Source of the DNA: Carcharhinus amblyrhynchos
Taxonomy: Eukaryota
DNA length: 64,000 bases
Direction of reading: 5' to 3'
Assembly: GCA_965287045.1 (NCBI GenBank)
Contig: OZ336873.1
Span: 89,094,001-89,158,000, forward strand
In this document: positions 48,181 to 61,707 of the stretch, in pieces
How the letters are laid out: each line of letters starts with the position of its first letter
Position numbering within the stretch: position 1 is the stretch's first letter
The notes under the pieces: generated by a model
Told to the model about the DNA's origin: nothing
Databases searched by the model: none
The model's input: only the letters and a program-made list of their open reading frames with translations
Program-made: the position numbers and the translations under genes

Positions 48181-49079
48181 GGGCAGATTTTTCATCTGTA
48201 TTCATCACAGGCATAAATGGCAACCTAGTCACATGCATGAAACTATATTCCTGCACAAAGTGGTAGAACAGTTTCTAGCAAAATCCTGCGAGAGGCCAAC
48301 AATAAGATTCTCATCAGCAATTGTCCCCAGCCCCACCATTGATGTAATGAGATTACGGCCCAGGAAGGTCAGCAACCTTAATTAAATACATTTTCACCTA
48401 ATTAGCTGTATCATCCCCCACACTGGGATGATTCCACGCCCACCCCCCACCCCCACCCTTGCTGATCTAACATCATGCTGGCAGGTTTGGAGCTACAGGA
48501 AATAGATGAAGAAACCATTCTTCAGGCGCACAGGTAAATACAGCCTCCAGGACAGAGAGCAACATGGCTAGGCAATACCCGGGCAAACATCCCTTGGCAC
48601 TGTAAGGGGCAATGGGCAAGGGTTTCCTCTGGGGAGCTCAATGGGAGAGGAGGGTCCCCATGTGCTTTGGGGGCTCCCCATTGAGGGGAGCGGGTAAGCA
48701 GGGTTCTCTGTGCATGTGAGGCGGGGTGGGGGGGTGGGGTAGGCTCCCCATATACATGGCGGATTTCTCTTGTGTGTGTGTGTGTGTCTGGGGCGTTCAG
48801 GGGGTTGCTGGAATTTCCACTAAGAGCTTCTTTGTTTTGTTTTAACCAGCGATTGGGTGACATTTGAAAAGGGCACCCCAATCTCTGGAAGTCCAACATT
48901 ACTGGCTGTTTCAGACATGTCCCACCATCATGACAGCATGGGACATGCCTAAAGGAATGTTTTCTTCTAAGTGCTGTCCAAAATGGTGAGAAAAGTCAAC
49001 CGTGCTGCCGGCATGCTGTACACCATTTTCCTCACTCAGTCCAGCACCTTGGTTAGAAAAAATTGAAAAATTCCCCCCA
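48181..49079. mobile_element. Harbinger-type non-autonomous element with a 63-bp inverted insert
   Basis: Ends GGGCAGATTTTTC / GAAAAATTCCCCC. 48219-48281 is the reverse complement of 47687-47749. Confidence 0.7.
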
Positions 49080-51128
49080 AAGACCCAGACACAAGTATAA
49101 CAACCCAAATAAAAGACACGCCTGTCAAATGGCAAGAGCGTGCAGTTCATTCTTAACATTGAAATGAAAGCAGGACCAGGCCAGGGAGATTGTTCAAGGC
49201 AGGGACTAACCCTGTGAAGTCTGAGGGAAGATGCAGGGATATGTATATAATTGGGATAAATCTCAGAGTGAGATATGAAGTGAAGGGTTATCAGCAGGAG
49301 TAGCTGGTGTGATATGTCATGCAATGCCACAAGATTCAAAAGCTGATATCTGCTGAGAAGCAGAACTACAACCCCATGTAGAGAACTGAGATGTACACAG
49401 ACTTATAAATAAGCAAGAATGATTTTTTTTACAAATAACAGTCTGTGTTGGCGGTCTTAGGTAAATGGGCGAGCCCTAAAAAATCCCCATCCAGACCCTG
49501 AACTGGAATTGAAAGACTGAGTAGGTTTAACTCTAACTGGCCAACTCTTCCACACTCCAAGAAACAAGCCAGCTCAAGGGGAGCGAGGATAAAGGTAACA
49601 CTACCAGGACGACCGGGAGGGGCAGGGGGCCTCTCCTCTGTCTTCCAAGATTGACCTTTGACTTGGCTTGAGTTTTCCTCCGTTAGATGTACTGTCCTGC
49701 AATACCAGGAATCATAATCATCGGGGTCTGGGATCACTCGTGGGGCAGCTCTCCAGGCTCCATGATTGGGGCGACCGCCTGCTGCAGAATGCTCACAGCC
49801 AGGCTGAAACAAAGTTTGTCCATCAGGTTGACTTCCAGTTGGGCATCTTGGCAAAATAAAATGGGTTCACACTGCGGAATTAAAATGCAGCAAAATCCCG
49901 ATTCTAGTTTCCCATTTGAAAACCCATGCCCCTACCCTCCCAACACCCCGCCCCACCCTACACCACCCCACCCCACCTCACCATACAACCTGCCCCTATC
50001 AATATCAAAGAAAGAGGTTGGCGACCTCATGACACAAGCAGGAGTTGAAGAAATAAAAGGAGGAGAAAGTAAGGCTCCCATGTAACCTGAAGAAAATGAT
50101 GGGAGACCTTTTCTTGGCACCTAGTCAGCTTATTTATTTAATTCGAGAGTTTGTGCTGTGTTAAAATGCATTTTTTTTACATTAAAAGAAAGGGATAGAA
50201 AGGACAGATGGAATCAACCAACAGAGTAAAGGCGAGAAAAGAAAGGGCAAAGGAAGAAAGAATATAAACAGAAAGGAGAGTGTGGGTAGAGGGGAGAGAG
50301 AGAGAGAGTGAAGAGAAAAAAATGAAGGGAGACGTAACATGTTACCATTTAATACATTGATAACCTGCTTCCGCCGACAGACCATGGGCTGGATTTTGCT
50401 CTGGGGGATGGATATCCAGTCTGTGGCAGTCTGGCATTGTTGGGGGAGGGACTTTGATATCAGCAGTGAGGCAGCAACAGTTAGGATTACAGCTTCACTT
50501 TCCCATTCTTCCTACTGGATTGTAAAGGAAAGCCCAGTCATAAAGTTTAAATTCCATCCATAAGAAATTTACTGCAAAATATTTAAGTAACCAATTGAAG
50601 AGACTTGTACATGCTTTTAGCATATTTAACTTTTGAAAAGAATGTGGATGTTTTACTAATATTTAATGTAAAATTTAAATAATAACTGACACAAGAGCTG
50701 CAGTACATTCACTGTTGTAGAGACGGTGTGCCATCTTCAGGCAATGTGCTGTAACACCTCTAACGATCCCACTTGAGAAGAAGTAAACTGCCTGAAATTG
50801 ATTGACAATCAATGGGCTTCAGTACATTAAACACCATTCTTCCACCTTTCACCTTTTGCGGCTTTCTTCAAACCCAGCCTGGCTAAAGAAGAATATTTCA
50901 TCCCTATCAACTGAAGGGTAAAACAAACTGGAGTTGTATCAATCAGGATCATGGACATGGGTTCAAAACATAAAACTAACCGGCAGTGTGATTCAGAACG
51001 ATCAGAAGGTGAATGGGCAATTTAAAGCTAATGCATGAAAGGATAATCTTCTGAGGGTGCCTTGTTGGAACAGGGTAGAGAGAATTTTGCTCTGCATTTA
51101 ACCCTGTGATTACACTTGACCAGAGTGC

Positions 51129-51388
51129 TTTTGATTTGATTTGATTTATTATTGTCACATGTATTAGTATACAGTGAAAAGTATTGTTTCTTGCGCATTA
51201 TACAGACAAAGCATATCGTTCATAGAGAAGGAAATGAGAGAGTGCAGAATGTAGTGTTACAGTTATAGCTAGGGTGTAGAGAAAGATCAACTTAATGCAA
51301 GGTAAGTCCATTCAAAAGTCTGACTGCAGCAGGAAAGAAGCTGTTCTTGAGTTGGTTGGTACGGGACCTCAGACTTCTGTATCTTTTG
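51129..51388 (-). mobile_element. Rex1/Babar-like LINE 3' end
   Basis: (AAATC)n tail, RYRSLRSRTNQLKNSFFPAAVRLLN C-terminus. Second copy at 61708-62017. Confidence 0.75.
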
Positions 51389-52778
51389 ATGGAATACCGT
51401 TAAGGATGACTACCTGATTGCAGCCTGTGCTGCCCCATAACTATATACCAGCAGGCAGAAGATGTTTGATGAACCAGTATAGAAGAAATTTTACTTTGCA
51501 GCTTGTCACTCTAAGTGGGGGATATTCATTCTAACAGTGCAAAGTTTGACTGGAGGCCTTAATGTTGACACTCGAGGCTGAAGCTGTCCTGACAGTGGCC
51601 GGAAAAGCAGTCGCCAGCATGTACCGGACTTCAACTTCATTTCTAAGGGGGGTGCAGCACTATTCAGGATGTCAGCTCACCCTTGAGAACTGCCAGACTA
51701 ACCATACGGCTGACAGCCCAAAAGTTTCAGCACTGCCACCAGGAATGGTGATGGTTTTGGAGGCAGGCACATCCCTGCGACCTGCAGGGGATGGGCTAAG
51801 AAAAATTACATTTAAAAATCTATGTTCGAGTGAAAAAGGGGAAACCTCCCTGAGGAAGTCACCGCCTTCCCTGCCCACAACCTTCTCAGTGCGTCAAAAA
51901 ATACTTCCCCACCCTGGGCTGCTATTGATAGGTCTCTTCCATTCAGCTGGCATCCTCCCCATGCAATAAGGGTCAATCCACCATTGGCAAGATGCTAACA
52001 GCCTGATACTTTGACCCTTAATAGTCGCTTCACGTATTTGAATTGTCTCCTTGGGATGGTCAGCCTGTCAGATTCTGGTCTCACTCTCAGAAAAATTCCC
52101 TAACTACGCGACAAGGTAGGGCACGCCGATTGACCACGGCTCTCTGCTATTTTACTGCATTCCACACTGACACATGCCGTCTCCTGGTGGTCAGTAAACT
52201 CAGCCCCAGGTACCTTAGCTGGGAAGGCGTTCCAGTTCACTGCACTGGCATCTTTACCCTTTGTCCAGCCCAACAATTAAAACAATTCGCATTCACATAG
52301 TCCCTTTAACATAGAAGAATGTCCCAAGCTGCTTAAACGTCCCGATCCATTAAAGTCTGATGCATTATTTGCATCAGTGCACGTAATCATCTTTGAAAGT
52401 CAACTATCCAGCCACCTGTAACAAAATTATATTGCTTGAATGCAGGGAACAGGTGCTATATTACCAAATAGTCAAATATATCCATATATTTGAAGAATAC
52501 GGTTCAAATGAATTTTGTAAGTTAATTCTCTCAAGTTTCACTTAATTCACAGCTTGCCAGGAATTCGCAACAAACTTACAGATAGTTTATTCAACAAATC
52601 TCTACTACTTATTTTGATTAATTCATTAATTGTTTGAACTGACCTCAATTCAAAATGCATTGTCAGCTTTTAAATTAAAAATAGATGAAATAAGACAACA
52701 AAGTTAGCTTCCCCTCACATAAGACTTCCTACAGGTGTCACATTTTTTGTGGGAGGAGTTTTAACCTGTAAAAGAGCT

Positions 52779-53100
52779 AGGGTAGGAGGCGTGCTGTGTG
52801 TTTGGGAGGATGTGGGGTGGGAGGCGTGCTGTGTGGTGGGTGGGGAGGGGGAGAGGGGGTGTTGGAGGCATGTTGCGTGTTTGGGAGGTGGGAGGCATGC
52901 TGCATGATGGGTGGGGAGGGAAAGAGGGGGTGTTGGAGGCATGCTGCGTGTTTGGGGGGAGGATAGGGGGTGGGAGGTGAGCTGTGTGGTTGCGGGGGAA
53001 CGGTGGTGGGAGGTATACTGTGTAGTTGTGTAGGTGGGGTGGAAGGTGTGCTGCATAGTTGGGGAGGAGGCATGCGGCATTGACTGGGGAGAGGAAGGGA
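52779..53100 (+). repeat. Degenerate G-rich minisatellite
   Basis: Recurring GGAGGC(G/A)TG(C/T)TG(T/C)GTG(T/G)T(T/G)GGG units separated by G-tracts. Confidence 0.8.
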
Positions 53101-53997
53101 CATGGTTAGGTGTCAGTGCATGTGGGAAGAAACAAAAAGTACTGAGAATTTTGGAACTCAACTGGAACCTGGTGGCTTCCGCATTCAATCATTGTTGTGT
53201 AGGAAGCATGCAGGGAACTTCTGTGACACGGTCGGAGAAGTGGTTTAAATATGTTTAAAACCTATATACAGAATATTGAAAACTGCATTCTTACTTTAAC
53301 TTCGTGGAGCATGTGAAACTGAACAGGAGCAGCAAGCAGAGAGTACAATGAGGATTCCGAGGGCTAGGAAGCCTTTAAATACTGAGCCAGGATTGCTGCT
53401 TCGTTGCCTAAATGAAGTATTTTTATTCACAGGATTTGGTCTGAATGTGTAGTTTCACTATTCTGCAGTTGATTTCCAACACTTCTGTAGTCTTTTCTGT
53501 TAAAACTTGAAGCATGGCTGACCCCTGCCTAGATCCCTTTAAATGGGAATATATAGGATACACAGCACAGGACCAGATCATTCAGCCCAGGCAGCCCATG
53601 CAGGCATTTCTGCTCCACTTGTTCCATCTAACCTCAACGCAATATACCTTTGTAACTATTATAATGGCACAAAGGCCATGGGGGAATCATTGATAGATCT
53701 TCCTGTGGGCTTCATGGAGTAGAAGCTTCCTTATTGAGCAAGAGGAGGTTCGCCCAAAGAGAAGCGGATAGCAGGGGTTTGTATGCCTTAAGTTTAACCC
53801 AGACTGGTGTTGTAGATCCCAAGGTTTCAACTGTTCAGCTGTAAGCTGCAGACATGACCCTTCTCTTTCATGCACAATTAAGGATGTCTGGTGGTAAGAA
53901 ACTTGCATTTGGCTTGCCCAGTTTCCCCTTAAATGAACTTTTGCAATAAACTTCAACATCTCCCTGTGATAGCAAGTTTTATGTTCTTACCATACTT

Positions 53998-54741
53998 TGG
54001 GTGGAATTCTTTGGTTCTGGAGGTGGTGAGCTTGGAGGTGAGTGGGCACATGATTCAGCAGGATGGTGGTGTATCTAAACCACACCGCCACCACTAGAAT
54101 TAAATTCCTTGGGGAAAGGCCCATGGCTGACTTTCCCACCTACTGCCAATTAAGACCTTGAAGCGACCAGATAATGACAATGTAAAGACCTCTTCCCACT
54201 GCTGCTGAGATTAGCCAGGTGGACCTGCTGACATGAAGCCTCCACAACAGGTAAAAGAGTGCAGACCACCTGACCTGAGGAGTGGGGGAAAGGTCCTTCA
54301 ATCAAAGACACTCAGTGCCTGATCAAGGGTATGGGCGTTGGGCAGTGTGGTACCACTGAGAACCATCCTGACCCTTACTTCCAACTCCCCTGTCCCATTT
54401 TCCTGTGAGCCACTCCCCTCCCCTCACCCCCTGGGGACTTCCCTCCCCTGCCTTTCCCAATTACCTACCTTTTTCCTGGATCCTGGAACACTGCAGGATG
54501 CTGCCATAGCCTTCTATATGGTGCCAATGATCACAAGAACTGCCAGCCTTCGACTGATGTTGGAAGGTGGGACTTCTGTCTCTGGAAGCGTGATTCTGGA
54601 GAAATCCCCAGATATGTTGTCCCCAGATCTGCCTAATTGGCATATGATCCAGTGAATGTCCATAGATGAGGCAGTTTGGGTCTCTCATCGGCTCTTTCAG
54701 CCAGGGGGTGAGACCCTTGCTACCAATAGAAAATTCTGCCC
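53998..54741. mobile_element. Harbinger-type non-autonomous element
   Basis: Ends GGGTGGAATTCT / AGAAAATTCTGCCC. CR1 resumes after it. Confidence 0.6.
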
Positions 54742-55794
54742 AATGGGCAAAGGGGTTTCTTCTGAATTTTTTGTGTCTTTCTTATATTGATGTCCTCAAG
54801 TTATGCTCTTCCCACAAAAATAACTTTTTCTCTGTATCCCCATTATCAAAACCATTTATAATTTTAAAGATACCTATTAGGTCACCACTCAGCCTTCTTT
54901 TGTCGAGAGAGGAGAAGACAAACCTATCAATCCTTCCCTAATATTTATACCCACTCATTTCTGGTTTCATCTTTCAAGTTTTCTCTGCATTCTCTCCAGT
55001 GCCTCTGTGTCCTTTTTACAATATGACAATCAGAGCTGCACAGAGTACTCCAAATGTGGTCTAACCACCTTCCACACAGATATACCATAATTTCAGTACC
55101 CTCAATTCTATCCCTCTGACAGTAAAACCCAATGTGTTGTTTGCTTCTTTCATGGCCTTTCTAACCTGTGGTGCAGCTTTTAATGATTGGTGTACTCTGA
55201 GATCCCTTTGTTCCCTGTGTTATGATTCTATTAAGAACCTTCAGCATTTAAAGAAGAAATCGGATCACCCAGAAATTAACTAACAGAACTACGCCACAAG
55301 ATTTCATGTTTCTTAACAGAAGCAAACTAAATTATATATTTAAAATAATTAAACAAAGTAAGCTGTATTAACTAAACACGAGCTTCTGGTAGCTTAGACT
55401 TTAAACTCAGTCCTCTTCTAACTTGCCCCAGGAGTTTCCTAGTCTAACGAAATATCTAAGCTTCATTTATATTTCCTGGGACCAACTCAAAAGAATATCA
55501 CTACTTTCTGGAATTCATTCTAATTTCTCATCAGTGTTCCAGCTTTTCACCAAGGTACAAGATTTCCCAGGAGACCTTGCCTAGCTTTAATCTTACAGAT
55601 GTTACTTAATCATAATGTGATGCCTGTTATAACTTCTGACATATAAATAAAAGAAGGGTATTTTGGATAAGTCACTCTCCAATTTCTTTACCCTCCTCAT
55701 GACACTGGATCCCATAACACAAACAAACTCCTGTACAGGAACTTAAAACATAAGCAAATAACTTCAGTTTCTAGCAACCCGCTGCTATGATTTA

Positions 55795-56103
55795 AAAGTT
55801 TCAAAGAAATTATTTATTAGTGTTACAAATAGGCTTACATTAACACTGTAATGAAATTACTGTGAAATTCCCCTAGTTACCACACTCTGGCAATGTGCTG
55901 GTTTGGTGCATTGGCCATGCCAAATTCTCTCTCAATGGAGAATTTAGCATCTTTCAAACTGTGGGAGGAAACCAGAACACCTGGAGGAAACCCATGCAGA
56001 CATGGGGAGAATGTGCAGACTCCACACAGACAGTGATCCAAGTCAGGAATCAAATCTGGGTCACTGGTGCTGTGAGGCAGCAGTGCTAACCACTGTGCCA
56101 CTG
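55795..56103 (-). mobile_element. V-SINE, alternative tail, with internal micro-inversion
   Basis: Alternative tail and HE1 core. 55893-55934 is inverted relative to the sister copies. Confidence 0.85.
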
Positions 56104-57909
56104 TAGTTTCAAACTACAACCAAGCCAGAGTTTCCAGAACTCCAACTGCAACATGGTTAACTGCCTTTTATTCAGGATTACTGTCAATATCTTCCTTTAA
56201 CTTCCAGTTAAATAAATCTTCCAGTCATTTTTCCCCTTTCCAAATGAAGGAAAAACACTGAATTTCCTATGGAAATATTGAACTTCAAATAAGAGCTGTG
56301 AGATTTTAAAAACGGACAAACAAGCCCAACATTGCAGAGGATGTGAAGCCCGTCACTGGCTGAATTAATGGTGGATGATATTGTGAGAGACAATGGAACC
56401 CCTTACTGTTTCCAGAAAGGTACTTCCAAAGCATACAGTAATTAATTGCTATCTCAGGCAGAGATAATGCAACATAATGGGGGATTGACTATTATCTCAT
56501 CAAGCGATATTTTATGCATAATGTCCAGATAAGTTTGTGGATTTCACCTTCCAGGAATATAAAAGACTGAGATAAAAGCAACTGAAGGGCTGTCCCAGAT
56601 ATATTTGTGTGCACACAGCATTTTGTGTACCAATGCTGCAGGTGTCAGAGTCAGTTACTCAGAAGCTCACTAACAGCAGCATCAGCTCTGCAAAAGGTGA
56701 GCAGTATCCAAGGGACACCGGCAAGGTTGGTAAGATAAGTGAGCCCAGACTATTGCATCCCGGGCTCATTAATGACATTAAAATAAGTTAAAGCATGCAA
56801 GGCTGATCATGCTGGTGGAATAGGGCCAACAATATCAGGAAAGGCAAGAAATCAGGCACGGCCCTGACTTTTCATCTCTCGCTCATGTTTTCCATCCTGT
56901 TACTCTACTCAGCCAGTGCAGCAGGGGTGGAAGAATCTCATCCATGCTGTTTATTCACTACTACAGTTCTCATTTCTAGATGTTCTTCTACCCTACCTTT
57001 ACTAGGGAACCCATTATTTTTGCTACCATTCAAGTTAAGGTGACTGGTCCATAATTCCTAGAATATGCTCTGATGCCATTCTTAAATAACATTTATATTA
57101 ACTCTCCAGAGACCCGCTGGCATGACACCTGTTTCAAATTGGTTACTGAATATGAGTAGCAATACTTTTGCTATCTCTTCCCTGGATTCTCTGAAAAAGC
57201 ATGAAGGCAATCCATCTAGACCAGGGATTTTACCCTTTTTGAGCTTGTTTCTTGTTTTAGTCAATGTATCTACTTTTTAATTTAAATGTGCTCATCTCAT
57301 TATTCATCTCATCATTCATTATCACATCTAATTGTCCTATCTCCTGCTAAATATCAAAGTAAAATAATTTCTCAATATTTCTGCTATTCTCTATTATTAC
57401 CTGTGGTCTTATCAGTTAATGCTCCAATTTCTCCTTTCATATCAATGTGACAGTAAAACATTTTACTACTTGTTTTCTGTTCCTTGGTAATTTAGCATCA
57501 TATTTTCCCTTTACCTTTCTTATGTTTCTTTTTTATTTCTCACCTAATCTCTTTGTATTTTCTCTCACCATGCACTCCTCTGCTATCCATGTTATCAAAA
57601 TATGCCTCTTTCCTAGCCCTCAATTTTCTCTTATGTCCTTATTTATCCATGGAGATCCATGGAGGTTTAGTTTGTTCTTTCCTTTCCTGCATTCTATTGC
57701 ACAGTTTTAAATGTTTCCCATTGGTGTTCTACACAATTGTTTGCTTATACTTCCCTACATTTATCAGTTCATTACTTGATTACTTGTTCCAATAGTGAAT
57801 CTAGCCCTTCTGGGCATCGCACATATTGGGTTAGAAATAAGTCCTGTACCCATCATAACAACTCCAATTCCTTCTTCCCTTTATTTACTTCTTTTTTCCA
57901 GTTAAATGC

Positions 57910-58236
57910 TGGCGTGGTAACGCAGTGGTTAGCACTGCTGCCTCACAATGCCCCCAGGATCGGGTTCAATTCTGGCCTTGGGTGACTGTCAGTGTGGAGT
58001 TTGCACATTCTCCCTGTATCTGTGTGGGTTTCCTTTGAGTGCTTCATTTTCCTACCACACTCCAAAGATGTGAAGGTTAGGTGGATTGGCCGTGCTAAAT
58101 TGTCCCTTAGCGTCAAGGGATTTTCAGGATAAATATGTGGGGTAATAGGGATAGGGCCTGGGTGGGATTGTTGTAGGTGCAGGCTCAATGGGCTGAATGG
58201 CCTCCTTCTGTGCTGTAGGATTCTATGATTCTATGA
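57910..58236 (+). mobile_element. HE1 (V-SINE), CR1-type tail
   Basis: CAGTGGTTAGCACTGCTGCCTCAC head, V-core, GATTCTATGATTCTATGA tail. Confidence 0.92.
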
Positions 58237-58789
58237 ATATCAGAGCAGTTGCAATTCCCCCATGATTATTCTTCCGTGAGCTGAATTTTACTGCCCACCT
58301 CCTGAGAAAGTAATCCAGTTCCAAACTGACCAACTTTAAACAAGGCCAGCCTAAAGCAACAATGTACTCTGGGTGGCCTTAATGAGGTATGGGTCAGACT
58401 TGAACCCACAACGCAAGGAACTGCTGCCCTTGAGAACTGTTGGCCAATCTAATCAGCTAGCAGCTGTAACAATGCCAGCAGCACTAGGACTGAATAGTGG
58501 GTGCTGCTGGGATTGCAGGAAGTCTCCAGGATGAAGAGGATATGGCCACCAAGCTCAATTAAATCTGAGATTTTAGAATGACTGGGATGGAAAAGCCAAG
58601 GGAGGAATGCAGGGGAGTGGAAGTGTTGATGTGTGAGTTTTGAAGATAAAGCAGGAAGGTATAAAGTACGGTAAGTTATGGGCACGGGGGATTGGGGGGA
58701 ATGATCTTGATGCGCAGAGAGCACCCCCTTCAAAGGTCAGTTCCACTCCTTTCAGCCCTTTCACCAAAGCTGCTAAAATAATAAAGAGC

Positions 58790-59890
58790 AAAGAATAAAG
58801 AAAAGCATAGCACAGGGACAGGTCCTTTGGCTCTTCAAGCCTGTGCTGATCATGATACCCTATCTAAACTAAAAAATACCTTCTGCCCTTACTTGGTCTA
58901 TATCCCTCTATTTCCTCACTATTCATGTACTCATCCAGCTGCCCCTTAAATGTTGCTCATGTGCCTGCTTCCACCATTTCCTCTGGCAGCGTGTTCCAGG
59001 CACCCACTGCTCTCTGCATGAAAATATTTCCCTGCACATGGAATCATAAAATCATAGAAACCCTATAGTGCAGAAAGGCCATCTGGCCCATCGAGTCTGC
59101 ACCGACCACAATCCCACTCAGGCCCTACCCCCATATCCCGACATATTTTCTCACTAATCCCTCTAACCTACGCATCTCAGGGCACTAAGGGGCAATTTTA
59201 GCATGGCCAATCACCTAACATCTCTTTTAAAGATTCCCCCTCTCACCTTGAACCTATGCCCCATGTAATTGACATTGTCACCCTGGGAAAAAGCCTCTGA
59301 CCATCCGTCCTGTCTATGCCTCTCAGAAGTTTGGAGACCTGTATCAGGTCTCCCCTCAGTCTCCATCTTTCAAGTGAAAGCCATCCTCATTCATTCAACC
59401 TTTCCTCATACACAACACCCTTCTATAACCAAGTTAGTTCTATATCCTTCTAGTCAGCCCAGCCGAGTCCCATGTGATTTTAGTTCTTGTACCAGTCTGC
59501 CATATGGAACCTTGTTAAACATTTTACTAAAGTCCATATAAGCTATATCCATAGCCCCTCAATTGGCTTTGTCACCTCTTCAGAAAAATTAAATCAAGTT
59601 GGTGAGACGTGACCTTTCTGGGACAAAAACCATGCTGCCTGTCACTAACTAGTCCATTTTCTTCCAAATGTGTATGTATCCTGTCCCTCAGTATCTTCTC
59701 CAAAAGCTTCCCCACCACTGACATCAGCCTCACTGGCCTGCAATTTCCTCGATTAACTGGCTAATCACCAGTCCTCCAGAACTTCCCCCGTACTTAAAGA
59801 GGATGTGAAGATATCTGTTAAGGTTCCAACTATTTCTCCCCTTGCCTCCCACAGTAATCTGGAATAGATCTCATCTGGACCAAATGGACC
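58790..59890 (-). mobile_element. Younger CR1 (internally deleted) with a 5'-truncated HE1 at 59042-59219
   Basis: AAAGAATAAAGAAAAGCATAGCACAGG terminus and GPDEIYSRLLWEARGEI..LTDIFTSSLSTGEVLEDW. Confidence 0.82.
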
Positions 59891-61707
59891 TTCCACTCCA
59901 GTCTGTCTTCCAATGCCTGGTGTATTACAGAGATGAAGATGGGTTGAGGAGCCAGATAATTTGCTGCTCAAAACCTCAATAGTACTGAGGACATGCAGCC
60001 TAGTGGGCAACTTATCCACCTCTCAAATTATGTAGGTTAGGTTAGGCATTGGTGGGAAGGCATGGTTAGGCTAGTCACCCTATGTATTTTACGTGACCCC
60101 TGCAAATCCCATCATCAACCCACACAGTCCCCACGACATACCCAGAAGACAAAATGAGTCCCAAATTTGTCTGTATATTTCTTCCTCTGCTTCCCTTCCA
60201 CTATTAATTTGTTTGTTGTCTGCACCAATTATTGTGATTGATCTTTTATTACTTTTTATCCCCAGCCATATAGATTCTACTTTCACCTTGTTAAAAGCCG
60301 CATCTTTTTTTACGATTGCCATTACGTAACTCTAATAAGTACAACCACTCCACTTTCCCTGTTACCTTCTCTATTGTTCTGAAACATAGCCAAAATCTTT
60401 AGCTCCCAGTCCAGATTTTGCCATAGTCATATATCTCAATAATTTCCATATCTGGTTCTTCGCAATGTATAAATACCTCCAGCTCCCTGTCTTCCTATAA
60501 ATGCTATTGAATTGCTACACAGATATTTTCATTCCTTTTTAATTGGATTTTCTCACACTGTTGCTGAAATCGTGCGACAGTTCACATTGGCTGGAAACCC
60601 CATTGACAACAGCTAGATGGTAAGATCCACCATCCACCAGATGGAAGCACACCACCTCCCACCGCCATAAAAATAGTCACAGAAAGGGAGAAAAATCCCA
60701 CCCTGTATGTTTAACCATCTTGTTAAACTCTCATTTTACAACTCTACTTATTCCCTTGTCATTAATGTTTTCTCCCAACTTTATTCTTTTCCATATTCTC
60801 CTGCTAAGCTCTTGTTACATTTAGGCTGTTTATGTTTCATGTAGATCCTTCCCCATGTCTTTGTTTAAAGCCTTTGTCACCTCTTTATTGATCTTCTCCT
60901 CTAAGACATAGGTCCTATCCTACTTCAAATGGAGACCATCGCATCAGTACAGCTCCTTCCTGTGGCAGAATTCATGCCACTGTTCCATGCATAGGAATAA
61001 AGTCAATCTATGAACTCAATCCATCTTCATGTCTTTCCTACACTAACCCTTTTTCCATACAAATTCTCCTGATCTGCCTACTCCTAAGCTAACTTGTATG
61101 TGGCTCCAAAATTAATCCAGAGATTATTACACTTGAAGTCCTGCCTTTTAACTTAGAGCCTAAGTCCTGATACTCTTTCAGCAGGAAGGACCCCACCCCT
61201 TTCCTACCTGTGCTGTTGTTCCAACATGGGGACCATGACCTCGTCCTTACCAAGTTCCTGTCCAGCCACCATGAGAAATCTCCTGTCACTGGGAATGCAT
61301 CACACTTTTAGGAATTATCGTTGTTGGCTGCCTAGAATACTATCTACTTACTTATTTAAGAAAGACCTATTACTACCACATTCCTATACAGCTCTGCACT
61401 CACCACCCCCACCAGATAGCCTTCTGAGCCACATTATGGCTGTCCTCCCTCCAAGCTTTCAGCTTGCGTTCACAGGTAGCAAGTACATTTTATCAGTTAG
61501 ACAGGACCTCCTTTTCAACTTTTCCTAAATCTCTGCTACTCGGCTCCCTAACAGTCACTCCCTCCTTTCCTGAACTGCCATTATCCTAGGATGAAATTGT
61601 CAAGTATTTCTTCTTCCTCCCCCATATTTAAGAGTTTCTTCAATTCACATGCCAGCTCACTAATTCTGAGCTGGGGGTTTGCAAGATAGACACATCTCCA
61701 GCATAAT

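Larger units (their letters stand above)
53556..61700 (-). mobile_element. Long fragmented CR1 (ORF1 esterase, endonuclease, RT pieces, 3' end)
   Basis: Colinear pieces: 3' end 53556-53660, ORF2 C-terminus 54740-55215, KIPGLDGL..ESREEIA 56940-57900, endonuclease VESIWLGIKSNKRSITIIG 60140-60560, and ORF1 YQDLGSKLKGRTSSVIISGL 60830-61700. Confidence 0.7.

Noticed and set aside
55218-55719. TGTTATG...CATAACA segment as a defined solo LTR
   Set aside because: No matching TSD, and similar sequence seems to continue beyond, so boundaries are not supportable.
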